From Bdellovibrionales bacterium (lineage in GTDB: Bacteria; Bdellovibrionota; Bdellovibrionia; Bdellovibrionales; UBA1609), in contig JAWLHR010000010.1 of NCBI GenBank assembly GCA_041690295.1, forward strand, positions 43,580-107,579: a stretch of DNA of 64,000 nt. The letters are read 5' to 3'. The notes beneath the pieces were generated by a model. The model worked only from the letters and a program-made list of their open reading frames with translations. It was not told the DNA's origin and searched no databases. Positions 1 to 9,217 of this stretch are shown piece by piece (positions within the stretch are counted from its first letter, which is position 1; each line of letters begins with the position of its first letter). The translations under genes and the position numbers were made by a program.

Positions 1-535
1 CCTGGGCGGTGCGGGTGGCGTGGGTGCGAACTTCTTGTTCGAACTGATTTTGAATTTGTTTTTTCAGTTCGGCCTCGTCCACCGAGGACCGTTGGCGGGC
101 TTCCGCCAATAACCGCTTTTGAATTTCCGCGGCTTTGTTGCGAAGCTGATTCACGCGGTTTTCGAAATTACGAACGCGTTGCCATTTGGAGTTCAAGGCT
201 TGCGCGCGGCGATTGAGCGCCTGCTCACGCGTGCTGACCATATCGCGGAATTTCAATTCCTTTTCCGCGATCTCGTCTTCGCGGTCTTCATTCCTGAGGA
301 CCAGTTTGCGCGTTTCCCGTTCAAATCGCTCGTAAGCGCTTTCGCGATAATCCTCGATTTGAAGCTTAAGTTCTTCCTCTTGCGCTTCCACATCCTTTTT
401 CGCGCTTTCGATCATTTCGGCGGCTTCTCTTGAAGCCCATCTCAGTTCGCGACGCCGGTTGAGCCAGAGCACGAGACCCATGATGAGCCCGCCGGCCAAG
501 AGTCCAGATGTGAATGAAAAAATGGGCATATCCAT
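1..535 (-). CDS. RNase Y-like protein, N-terminal part (TM anchor + coiled coil); runs off the window edge
   Basis: Not in the ORF track. Manual translation from ATG 535 gives MDMPIFSFTSGLLAGGLIMGLVLWLNRRRELRWASREAAEMIESAKKDVEAQEEELK..., open to position 1. TM plus long E/R/K coiled coil is typical of the RNase Y N-region. KH/HD domains are not visible. Confidence 0.6.
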   Translation of the reverse strand, partial: MDMPIFSFTSGLLAGGLIMGLVLWLNRRRELRWASREAAEMIESAKKDVEAQEEELKLQIEDYRESAYERFERETRKLVLRNEDREDEIAEKELKFRDMVSTREQALNRRAQALNSKWQRVRNFENRVNQLRNKAAEIQKRLLAEARQRSSVDEAELKKQIQNQFEQEVRTHATRTAQ

Positions 536-650
536 CAGCGCTCCAAGCTATCACCTTGCGGGCCCTTTCAGAATCTACGCCGGATAGCGTCAATCACTCA
601 AATCGAAGGGTGGGTGTGCCGATAGAAAAAGGCGAGGGTTTAAAGATTCC

Positions 651-1802
651 ATGGAGAACACGAAGAAGCTCAAAAGAGGGGAAGTTCTCTTTAAAGAAGG
701 GGAAACTCCCACCGCCATCTATCTGATTCAGCAGGGTAAGATCGCTTTAATGCATGAGCGTTCCGGAAAAAACCTGGAAGTCGCCGTGCTTGGGCCTTCG
801 CAGGTGCTCGGGGAGCACGCTCTTTTTTCCAGCATGGCCAAACATGAGTACCGGGCCGAGGCGCTTCAGGAGACCAAGGTTTTGGAAGTGCCGATCGAGA
901 TCATGAAGCAGCAGTTTGAAAAGTGCCCGCCGGGAATCAAGCTCATGGTGAAGAGCGCGAGCGATGAAGTGAAGGCCATGCGCAAGCAGGCCAAAATGGC
1001 CAAAATGGAAACGGAAAAGGCGGCCTGCCCGCAAGGTTTGATTCACCGGATCTTCACCGAAATCCATTTGATCGCCCGACACATCGGCAAAAAATCTCCG
1101 GACAATCCAAATGAAATCAAAGTGGCGTGGAACGCTTTGAAGCTTTACGCCAGCCGCTTCTTCGGTGAATCACCGCCGCGCCTTCGCGGGGTCATGGATC
1201 TTCTCGCCAAGCTGAAGTACGCCGAACTGGTGATGGGTAAACCGGAAGACAGTGAAGGCGAAGAAGACCTGATCGACGTGAAGTTCTTAAATGTGCAGCT
1301 CTTCGAGGATTTCGCCGAGTTTTTTCAATATCACCTCTTTAAGGGCAGCCGCGCCGAAGCCATTTTCGTGGATCCACTGGCTTTGAAGGTGGCCAAGGCT
1401 TTCGCCGAGCTCTCCGAAGGCGCCGAGGTGGATCATAAAGGCGCCTCGAAGCTGGAATGGTCCCAGGTGCTCGCGGAATGCAAATCCAAATACCGGATCG
1501 ATCTTAAAAACACGCACCTGGACGCGCTTGAGAAAAAAGGGTTGTTCGTCAAACGGCAGAGTTTCGATGACGGCCGCTTACAACTTTCCTTTGACCGCAA
1601 CGAGTTCGTGCGAATGGCCGAGTTCTGGTCGATCATTCATGAAATCGACAAGTGGAATGAGAAGGGCTTCGTCGATATGAATGAAAAAGAGGAAGTCGTG
1701 GCCGGCGACGGAAACTCCTGTCCGCAATGTCAGGGTCCGATCGCGGAAACCCACAAGTTCTGCCCGAACTGCGGCGCGAAGATCGAAACAGCGGCCGCTT
1801 AA
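651..1802 (+). CDS. cNMP-binding (Crp-like) domain protein with C-terminal zinc ribbon
   Basis: LFKEGETPTAIYLIQQGKI...LGEHALF cNMP fold; C-terminal CPQC..KFCPNCG. Confidence 0.8.
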   Translation: MENTKKLKRGEVLFKEGETPTAIYLIQQGKIALMHERSGKNLEVAVLGPSQVLGEHALFSSMAKHEYRAEALQETKVLEVPIEIMKQQFEKCPPGIKLMVKSASDEVKAMRKQAKMAKMETEKAACPQGLIHRIFTEIHLIARHIGKKSPDNPNEIKVAWNALKLYASRFFGESPPRLRGVMDLLAKLKYAELVMGKPEDSEGEEDLIDVKFLNVQLFEDFAEFFQYHLFKGSRAEAIFVDPLALKVAKAFAELSEGAEVDHKGASKLEWSQVLAECKSKYRIDLKNTHLDALEKKGLFVKRQSFDDGRLQLSFDRNEFVRMAEFWSIIHEIDKWNEKGFVDMNEKEEVVAGDGNSCPQCQGPIAETHKFCPNCGAKIETAAA

Positions 1803-1809
1803 AGCGCGC

Positions 1810-3861
1810 TCACTCTTTGTGCTTCTGTTGAGCGTAGTTTTCCCGGATCCAAGTGCGCGCGTACTTCAAAAACGCGTCGTTGATCCCGAAGTAAGTGGCG
1901 TAAACCAGATAACCGCCATCGGGGTGTTCTTTGCAGTGATAGACCCTGGCGGCCAAACACTGGTTCGGGGCGTTGTCGTAAATCGACTTGCGCAGATAAA
2001 ACGTGGAGCCGGGAACGAGTTTTTGCGGACTGCGAATGGTCGCCCCGAATTCGCTGAGCGCTTCCAGCTCCAGCTTTTTCGCCACGTGAACCGATAAGTT
2101 CGGCTGGCTCCAACCCAGATTGTTGAAGGTGTAAAGGGTGTTCTTGTTCGGCAGGATTTCCGAGAGAAAATAAAGCATCTGCCTTGAATCCACCGGTTTG
2201 ATGAACATTCCCAGAATGTCCGGAGCGTTCATCCACTTGTCCAAATCGCGGGGTTCCTGATCGGCGATGATCAGGAACTTCAGTTGCTCCGGATTTTTCA
2301 CGAGATTCAATTTGAACGCGCGGGCGCGAAGGTTTTCCACCCAAGTGTTCGGATCCTCCGATACGAAACTCATGTTCACGATCATCAGATCCAACGTGGG
2401 ATTGGTGTCCTCTTGGGTCACCTGTTCAACAATATCACCCAATCCCGCTGGCAGTAGTTCAACGGTGACGATATGGTCGGCGCTGCTCTTATAGGCCTTC
2501 ATTTTCACGGCGCGACCGACGTTCGAACTGTCTTGCATGATCAGAAGTTTTTCCATCACGCGCCCCTCGCTGGCGAGGTTGATGGATTCTTCCACGAGCA
2601 GCCGGGACGATTGATCCTGCAAGAGGGAAAGATAGCCTTCCGGCGAACTGAAGATCGCGGAAGCTTGGTGGCCGAGAAAGAGGTCGGTTTCATTGGGGCC
2701 CGGGTCCACGCTCAAGCATTTAAGATCTTCCACCGCGATCGATAAAGACAAAGGACTGTTATAGAAGTCCGCCTCTTCCGTGGGTTTGGGCGGATCGGAT
2801 TTATTCAAGCTTCCGGCGGGGCTGAAGTACTTGTACAGAAAAATCGAGTACGAGGTTTCACCGATGATATGCAACCGGTCCATTTCTTTGGTGAGTTGCT
2901 GGCCGAGAGGGATGATGGCCGATTCTTCCGGATCGATGATGGCCAAGTTGAATTCCGCTTGTTCCTCGGGCGACAAAAACAAATTGGTTGGATCAAAGCG
3001 CACCACTTCACGGTCTTCATTCTTCAAGCTTTGGTAACGGGGCGCCTTCGAGAGCTGGCGGCGGATCTGGGTAAGGGCGCTTTTGGAAAGACCGAAAAAG
3101 CCGAAGTAAACGATGTACTGGCCCGGATAATCAGGGTGGGGATCGGAACGAATCACCTTGCCGCGAAGCTCGAGACGATTTTTATCGCCGGGCAGTTGAA
3201 CGTAGAATTTGGCCGGAAGCCCGCGCACGAGGGGAACCGGATTGCGAATCCCCATGGCCACATCGCTTAGGCGGTCCAGTTTGGCGATTTTGGAAATTTC
3301 AATCTGGTGTTTGACTTCCTGATTGAAGAGATAGCTTGGCGTGGCCAGGCTCGGCAGGGCGAGAAGGATCTCCATTTTTTGCAAAAAGATGAGCCGGTCC
3401 AAGGGGAGATAAATGAGATCGTCCAGCGCCGGATGAAGCAGATCCAGCTTGTTGATGCCGTCGTCTTCGTACTTCAGAAGAACCCAGCGCTGTTGGCCGT
3501 TTTCCGGCCAGTGTTTGTATTTTTTCAAATTCGTCCGGACTTTATCGATCCAGGCCGCGGGTTTTTCTTTCACCGAGTCCAGGGCGAAGATGACCATGTG
3601 AACGTCTCTAAATAAGCGCAGTTCGATTTCTTCCGGGCCACTTGGCTCGGGGGGCTTGCTCCCTTCGGGCGGTGGCGCGGCGTTAGGATCGCCTGGCTCC
3701 GGCTCGGATTTCTTTGTGGGATCCTTGAAATAAAGGGCCTCGAATTCTTCGACCCGACTGAATGTGGCGAAACGAAGATCTCCCGTGTCGAGCTCGTTCA
3801 AATATTGCTCGATTTGTCGGCGAACCCGATCGTCTTTAACGACGGCCACGACATTTGGCAC
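1810..3861 (-). CDS. Multidomain signalling protein with two degenerate receiver/PilZ-like modules
   Basis: 683-aa ORF; two similar PilZ-like units (LSDVAMGIRNP..VIRSDPHP..YIVYFGFFG and LSEFGATIRSP..VYHCKEHP..YLVYATYFG). Confidence 0.6.
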   Translation of the reverse strand: MPNVVAVVKDDRVRRQIEQYLNELDTGDLRFATFSRVEEFEALYFKDPTKKSEPEPGDPNAAPPPEGSKPPEPSGPEEIELRLFRDVHMVIFALDSVKEKPAAWIDKVRTNLKKYKHWPENGQQRWVLLKYEDDGINKLDLLHPALDDLIYLPLDRLIFLQKMEILLALPSLATPSYLFNQEVKHQIEISKIAKLDRLSDVAMGIRNPVPLVRGLPAKFYVQLPGDKNRLELRGKVIRSDPHPDYPGQYIVYFGFFGLSKSALTQIRRQLSKAPRYQSLKNEDREVVRFDPTNLFLSPEEQAEFNLAIIDPEESAIIPLGQQLTKEMDRLHIIGETSYSIFLYKYFSPAGSLNKSDPPKPTEEADFYNSPLSLSIAVEDLKCLSVDPGPNETDLFLGHQASAIFSSPEGYLSLLQDQSSRLLVEESINLASEGRVMEKLLIMQDSSNVGRAVKMKAYKSSADHIVTVELLPAGLGDIVEQVTQEDTNPTLDLMIVNMSFVSEDPNTWVENLRARAFKLNLVKNPEQLKFLIIADQEPRDLDKWMNAPDILGMFIKPVDSRQMLYFLSEILPNKNTLYTFNNLGWSQPNLSVHVAKKLELEALSEFGATIRSPQKLVPGSTFYLRKSIYDNAPNQCLAARVYHCKEHPDGGYLVYATYFGINDAFLKYARTWIRENYAQQKHKE

Positions 3862-3919
3862 CGAAGACCTCTTCTATATATGACCCCAATTTTAATTACA
3901 CGTCATATCACGAGGCGCT

Positions 3920-4513
3920 TCAAGGGTAGAGTCGGCGGAAGGTCCAGGTGTGATCGGATTTTTCGAACTCGAATCGATCGTGCAAACGTCCAGGTTGCGC
4001 GATCCAAAACTCAATGGATTTTGGTTTGATGAGATAACCACCCCAATGGTCAGGGCAAGGGATCTCTTGACCGGCGAAATTCTTTTCCGCCTCGCTCGCG
4101 AGCTTTTCCAACTCTTCTCTTGAACCCACGACTTCAGATTGCTGGGAAACGTATTGGCTGATCTGGCTTTCACGCGGCCGACTTTTCCAATAGGCGCGGG
4201 ATTGCTCCGCCGGGACTTTTTCAACCCGACCCGTGATGCGGATTTGTCGGCCCAGCTGATCCCAATAAAAAACCGCGCTGCAGTGGGGATTGCGGTCGAG
4301 TTCGCGGCCTTTGCGGCTCAAGTAGTTCGTGTAAAAAACAAACCCCTCTTCCGACCAGGATTTGCAGAGCACGATTCGGTTCTGAACACCGCCGTCCAGC
4401 GCGACGGTGGCCAAGGCCATGGCCGTCGCCTCGCGAATTCCCGGATGGGTGGCCGCCTCGTGGAGCCAGCGAGAGAACAGCTCAATGGGGTTTGTACGCG
4501 CCGAGATTTCCAT
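3920..4513 (-). CDS. pdxH: Pyridoxine/pyridoxamine 5'-phosphate oxidase
   Basis: AMALATV, RIVLCK, GFVFYTNYLSRKG, RPRESQI, WGGY, EFW..GRLHDR. Start reassigned to ATG 4513 (MEISARTNP). Confidence 0.95.
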   Translation of the reverse strand: MEISARTNPIELFSRWLHEAATHPGIREATAMALATVALDGGVQNRIVLCKSWSEEGFVFYTNYLSRKGRELDRNPHCSAVFYWDQLGRQIRITGRVEKVPAEQSRAYWKSRPRESQISQYVSQQSEVVGSREELEKLASEAEKNFAGQEIPCPDHWGGYLIKPKSIEFWIAQPGRLHDRFEFEKSDHTWTFRRLYP

Positions 4514-4567
4514 TGGCTCATAGATGGCAGTTTGGTTAACTAATGTCATCCATTGGGAGGATGAGCC

Positions 4568-4849
4568 ATGAGCACAAATAACGATCGGCAGGTTCTGGTT
4601 AAATTCATCGATCAAATCCGCTGGTTGTATGAACCTGAATTTGGAGACTTTAAGCGCAAAGTGGGGCTCTATATCGAGCGCCTCGAAGAGTCCGACCCCG
4701 CCTTCAAGCAGGGGCGGGCCCGAAAGATCCTCGATTCCATGAGAACGATCGCGGTTTATGATCCCAACGGGGACATTGAATCCACGCGGCAAAAAATACT
4801 GGAACTCGCTTCCGAGCTCGCGGATGTCAAAGACAGCCAAACGCACTGA
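4568..4849 (+). CDS. Small hypothetical protein
   Basis: 93-aa ORF with GGAGG SD upstream; overlaps the start of the ROK gene. Confidence 0.7.
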   Translation: MSTNNDRQVLVKFIDQIRWLYEPEFGDFKRKVGLYIERLEESDPAFKQGRARKILDSMRTIAVYDPNGDIESTRQKILELASELADVKDSQTH

Positions 4850-5789
4850 CGTTTATCTTTGTTTCGATCTCGGTGGGACCAAACTGAAAGCGGCCTTGGT
4901 CAATTCCAACGGCCGCATCCTCGCCGATGCCGTCGCCCCGATCGTTCAGGAAGACGGTTACGAGGGACTACTGGAGCTTTTCTCAATCCTCGCCTCACAA
5001 CTTCCGAAGTCGCCCGCGTACAAAGTGGTTTCGGTGGCGTCGGCGGGACCACTACATCCCGAGCAAGGGATCTTGCTTGATCCCACCAATTTTTTTACCG
5101 GCAATAAATCGTGGGGCGTGCTGCCGCTCGTGAAATCCCTTAAGAAGATCTTCAAAAAACCAGTACTTCTTGAAAACGATGCCGCCGCCGCGGTTCTGGG
5201 TGAAATGTGGCGCGGCGGTCATGGTCGCACCAAGAACCTTGTGGCCATGACCCTGGGAACCGGCGTGGGCATCGGTGTGATCGCCAACGGACAACTGGTT
5301 CGCGCGGGCCGCGGACTTCATCCTGAAGCTAGTCACATTCCCATCAACAGCGAAAACAAGGAGTACCCTTGTGGGTGCGGCAATAACGGCTGTATCGAAG
5401 CGTACCTGGGCGGAAACCATTTTGCCCGGCGCCTGGGACGCCTTAAAGGGCGGGCTCTCACGGGCTTGGAGAGCGTGGCTTTGGCTAAGCAAGGTGATGT
5501 GTGGGTGCAGGAAGCTTTTAGGGAATACGGCCGCCATCTGGCCCTGGCGGTGCGCACATTAAGTGTTCTTTTCGCCCCTGAAATCGTGGTTCTCTCGGGC
5601 GGTTTCTCCCATGCTTCGCAGCTTTTTCTCGATGAATGCCGGGCCCATCTGCCCACGATCATGGAACGCTATCGTGACGGGATTGATTTAGTTCCCGAAG
5701 TGAAAGTTTCCAAACTGCAAAGTGACGCGGGAATTTTGGGAGCGGCCTATATCGCCACTCAAATGAAGAAGCCGCGGCGGACGGCATAA
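4824..5789 (+). CDS. ROK family sugar kinase (glucokinase-like)
   Basis: FDLGGTK, LENDAAAA, TLGTGVG, HI..CGCGNNGCIE. Start likely ATG 4824. Confidence 0.9.
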   Translation: MSKTAKRTDVYLCFDLGGTKLKAALVNSNGRILADAVAPIVQEDGYEGLLELFSILASQLPKSPAYKVVSVASAGPLHPEQGILLDPTNFFTGNKSWGVLPLVKSLKKIFKKPVLLENDAAAAVLGEMWRGGHGRTKNLVAMTLGTGVGIGVIANGQLVRAGRGLHPEASHIPINSENKEYPCGCGNNGCIEAYLGGNHFARRLGRLKGRALTGLESVALAKQGDVWVQEAFREYGRHLALAVRTLSVLFAPEIVVLSGGFSHASQLFLDECRAHLPTIMERYRDGIDLVPEVKVSKLQSDAGILGAAYIATQMKKPRRTA

Positions 5790-5821
5790 AAAAAGGAACG
5801 CTGTTTGGCGTTCCTTTTTTT
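5788..5821. terminator. Bidirectional intrinsic terminator
   Basis: A-tract, GGAACGC-loop-GCGTTCC, T-tract, between convergent genes. Confidence 0.9.
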
Positions 5822-5846
5822 AATCCATTCTCGGATCAGAGGGAGA

Positions 5847-6659
5847 TTAGAGGTTGCACTCTTTAGCCAGGTGTAAACGGCTTTGGATGTACTCCTGAAG
5901 TCGGGTCGGAGTCATCGTTCCGTCCGAAGCTTTCACCACGCGGCCCGTGGACGGGTCGGTGACTTCGTCGTTCGCCAAAGCGGCGGCCAAGCATTCAGCG
6001 CCCACTTTTTCGCGCTCAGCTTGGGGCAAATTCTTCGCACCAGCTTTGAATTCGCAAACCTGCATTTCAATGGCATTCACTTGCGCCTGAACGCCCATTT
6101 TCTCGAGGTTCTTACCGGCGGCACAGGAACCGAGAGTCACGTAACCGGCTTGGCGCGCGGAAAGGATATCATCGTAAGAAGGATAAACGCGGATTCCGGA
6201 TTTTTGAAAACGCTCGGTCAAGCGGCGGGCGATTTCTTCGTCTTTGTCGTTGATGCCGCAAGTTTGACCATTCAACGCTTCATCGACCGCGGAACGAGTG
6301 GTGGTATCTTTCACCACCGCGGCCAACTGAATCATTTGACCTTTGGGAGCGAAAATCGATTTGGCGAGTTGTTCGTTTTGCGATTTGGCTTGAATCGAGT
6401 TGCCGGCGACATAGCCGCTGTTGAACTTGTTCACCAAGCTCAACAAGGCCGCTTGTTCAGCGCCACTCAGTTTGGCCATGGCGGCATTCAAATCGGCGGC
6501 CGTCATACTGGAAACACCCAAGGTTTGTTGCAAGAACTGCTGGCCCATACGTGTGGTCGCCAATTTCTCCAGCTGCGCTTGAGCGGCTTGAGCGAACGCT
6601 TGCGACTGAACGGCCAGTGCGATGAATCCGCAGACTGCCAACTTCATAAATGCCTTCAT
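5847..6659 (-). CDS. Secreted hypothetical protein
   Basis: Signal peptide MKAFMKLAVCGFIALAVQSQAFA; strong AAGGAAGG SD; several Cys in the C-terminal half. Confidence 0.8.
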   Translation of the reverse strand: MKAFMKLAVCGFIALAVQSQAFAQAAQAQLEKLATTRMGQQFLQQTLGVSSMTAADLNAAMAKLSGAEQAALLSLVNKFNSGYVAGNSIQAKSQNEQLAKSIFAPKGQMIQLAAVVKDTTTRSAVDEALNGQTCGINDKDEEIARRLTERFQKSGIRVYPSYDDILSARQAGYVTLGSCAAGKNLEKMGVQAQVNAIEMQVCEFKAGAKNLPQAEREKVGAECLAAALANDEVTDPSTGRVVKASDGTMTPTRLQEYIQSRLHLAKECNL

Positions 6660-6950
6660 TTTTGCCTTCCTTCCTTAATCCCTCTAAGGTTTGCGCTACA
6701 GCTAGCGTAATGTAATGCCACTGGTCAAACCCGAATTTTTAAAAAAAATTCAATACCTTGTTAAAACTCCAAAACCAACATTCGCGGGCGGAAATCCGTT
6801 TTCGACCTGCGCATTTTTTAGCCCAAATATATGCAAAGACGTGACCACGGTCCTCGATTCTCCCGTCTCGTAAATTTTCGCTTTTAAAAACCTGTTCGGC
6901 GCACTCCTTGTCACTTTTTTTCGCGAATGTGTCATTTTTGGGCGAACTCA

Positions 6951-8144
6951 CTAAAACGTAATCTGTCCGGTGTTTGGGTCGCGGCACTCATAAATCGGTG
7001 AAATCAGCATCGTCGAGTCGGGGATGAGGTCGCAGCGCGGGCGTTCGGCTCGGTAAATCAGAACCTCTAAATCGCTCCAGTAGGCCTTTTTCGCCTTGGC
7101 AAGTAAGCGATCCGCGGCGGCCTTGGCCTGCACGTTCGCGGGAAAGTTGTTCCGTAAAAACAAACTGGCTCCGAGCCACACGGCGGCGGCACCCTGGCAG
7201 TATTCGCCGCGGTTAAACCGACCCAAGATGCTGGAAGTTTGGCCCGAGAAAAAGGCGCTCACGTCTTCGAGGCACTTGGGGCTGGATCGCGGGGCATTTT
7301 GCCCGCTTTCCCTCAGGTACAACTCAAAATCGTAAAAATATCCCAGCCGTTCACTGGCGCGATAAAACTCTTCGACTAGAATATCCCGGCCCACGCCTTC
7401 CGCGTTCTTCAGTTGCGCTTTGATCGTGGTTAAACGTTGAGTCAGTTCCAAGTTCCGAGCCTGCCACATCCCATACTCCATCGCCTCCGAGGCCCCCCAA
7501 GCCGCGACGCCAATCAGTAGGACCTGTTTCAGCAGGCGCGAGGCGGATTGCAGTCTCGTCGCGGTGAGATCAAGGAACGACTTGGTCGAAGCCAGAGCCG
7601 CCACCAAACCGCCGCCCACGCCGGCCAGAGTGGCGTAGGCCTTTTGGCGCTCCTGATAAAGCGCCTCGGAGAGTTCACGATCACTCGAGGCCAACCCACT
7701 TAAAATCTCGTAGGGACCTGCGGGAATCCGGTTCGGAGAGGGCGGGAGGATCTCATTGTATAAGCGGATTTCCTCGCGCATCCGTTCATAACTCTGCAAC
7801 AGGTTCAAACTGGCGATGGAATAGGCCAACTGGGCGCGATTGAAACTGCGCTTCAATCGGCTCAGCTTAATGGGGTCAAGGTACTTGGACACCCACATGG
7901 TTTGACAGGTGTTCAAGGCATAGCGGGCCGCTTCAGGGTAAGTGTTCCAGTAATAACCCAATTCACGAATGGAGGTCTCGTAATCTTTGGTGGGCCAGGT
8001 GGCGAAGATTCTCTCACAAAGTTGATAGGCGCCGGCCGCCCGCTCGAGTTCCTGAGCGCCTTCGAACTTCTGCACGAAGTCCAGCGCTTCGCTGGCCTGC
8101 GCGGAAAACCCGATCAAGCTGAAACAAAGAATCAGAAACTTCAC
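6951..8144 (-). CDS. Secreted hypothetical protein with Gly-rich hydrophobic hairpin (operon gene 5)
   Basis: GTG 8144 overlaps the upstream stop (GTGA). Signal peptide KFLILCFSLIGFSAQA. Hydrophobic segments TLAGVGGGLVAALA and VLLIGVAAWGA. Confidence 0.8.
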   Translation of the reverse strand: MKFLILCFSLIGFSAQASEALDFVQKFEGAQELERAAGAYQLCERIFATWPTKDYETSIRELGYYWNTYPEAARYALNTCQTMWVSKYLDPIKLSRLKRSFNRAQLAYSIASLNLLQSYERMREEIRLYNEILPPSPNRIPAGPYEILSGLASSDRELSEALYQERQKAYATLAGVGGGLVAALASTKSFLDLTATRLQSASRLLKQVLLIGVAAWGASEAMEYGMWQARNLELTQRLTTIKAQLKNAEGVGRDILVEEFYRASERLGYFYDFELYLRESGQNAPRSSPKCLEDVSAFFSGQTSSILGRFNRGEYCQGAAAVWLGASLFLRNNFPANVQAKAAADRLLAKAKKAYWSDLEVLIYRAERPRCDLIPDSTMLISPIYECRDPNTGQITF

Positions 8145-9217
8145 GGTTTCTCCTTGATCTCGGCTTCGGTGGGTTCGCCAAAAGTGAGCGTAAGGTAACT
8201 TTCCAATTTCTCCAACTCTTGGTTCAAGTGAAGCATCGACATTTGTCGGCAACGGCCGTCGCGGCTGGTCTCGGCTTCACTCAATGCTTTTCTAAAATCC
8301 CGCCAGTTTTCCGATTGGGGGAATTGCTCCAGCACCTCGGCGAATAATCGGTCTTGCACGTCGAGGTTTTCCAGGCGGGGCCACTGCTCGGAAAGACCCT
8401 GAGCTTCAGCGCGAATTCTTCGGATCTCGGTCAGCATCGGGCCATACTCTTTTTCCAATTGGTCGGAATCATTCATCAGGGATTCGAATTTTTCCTGGAT
8501 CGTCAGGGCCTGATAGGAAAGATCGCAAGCGAGTTGCGCCTGAACCACCATCAACACAGTCGCGGGGTTGATCCGGTAGGTGGAGTTGGATTTCAGAACG
8601 TATTCGATGTAACCGCCAAGGGCGCCAAGACCGAGGCTTCCGCCGACAATCCAAGTGGTCGGACTGGTGGCGACACGATAACCGAGACTCGCAAAGCGGC
8701 CTTTTTGATTCAGAGTCAATTCGCGTTGACGGATCTGCCGCAAGAATTCCGCGGTGCTTTGACTGCGAGCGAAGATGAATTTCCAGCCGATCGCCCCCGC
8801 CAGCATCAACCATGCGCCGTAGGAATAAGCCCCTCGGATCACGTACTGCAGCGGTCCGTTCTGAAGCATTTTCGAGGCTTCGAAATCAGCGGCCAATTCC
8901 ACTCCGAGCGTGTCCGCCAGCGATTTGATCGCGGCCCGATCCTCGGGTTGGTTCACATATTTGTCCATCATGTGGAACAAAAATAAATTGAACTCGTCGG
9001 GGCGGAGAGTGGCGAGTTGCATGACAACCGCTTTGGCCAAAAATTCGTTACGGCCGACCGTGGACCAGGGGCTGTCCGACGGTAAACGGCGAACGTGACC
9101 GATGTAATCATCGAGAAGCTTGGCGGACCTTTCAAGCGGTTGTTGGGCGTTCACGCTAAAACTGGTTAAGGACAAGATCAAAGCCAAACCATGGATCAGA
9201 AGTTTCTTATAAATCAT
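8141..9217 (-). CDS. Secreted hypothetical protein with Gly-rich hydrophobic hairpin (operon gene 4)
   Basis: ATGA overlap. Signal peptide ..LILSLTSFSVNA. Segments GAWLMLAGAIGWKFIF and WIVGGSLGLGALGGYI. Confidence 0.85.
   Translation of the reverse strand: MIYKKLLIHGLALILSLTSFSVNAQQPLERSAKLLDDYIGHVRRLPSDSPWSTVGRNEFLAKAVVMQLATLRPDEFNLFLFHMMDKYVNQPEDRAAIKSLADTLGVELAADFEASKMLQNGPLQYVIRGAYSYGAWLMLAGAIGWKFIFARSQSTAEFLRQIRQRELTLNQKGRFASLGYRVATSPTTWIVGGSLGLGALGGYIEYVLKSNSTYRINPATVLMVVQAQLACDLSYQALTIQEKFESLMNDSDQLEKEYGPMLTEIRRIRAEAQGLSEQWPRLENLDVQDRLFAEVLEQFPQSENWRDFRKALSEAETSRDGRCRQMSMLHLNQELEKLESYLTLTFGEPTEAEIKEKP

Noticed and set aside
4514..4846. 111-aa N-terminal extension of PdxH
   Set aside because: It overlaps a plus-strand gene with a good SD; PdxH similarity starts at ATG 4513
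5883..6710. 275-aa plus-strand ORF
   Set aside because: Antisense to the signal-peptide gene, which has a strong SD
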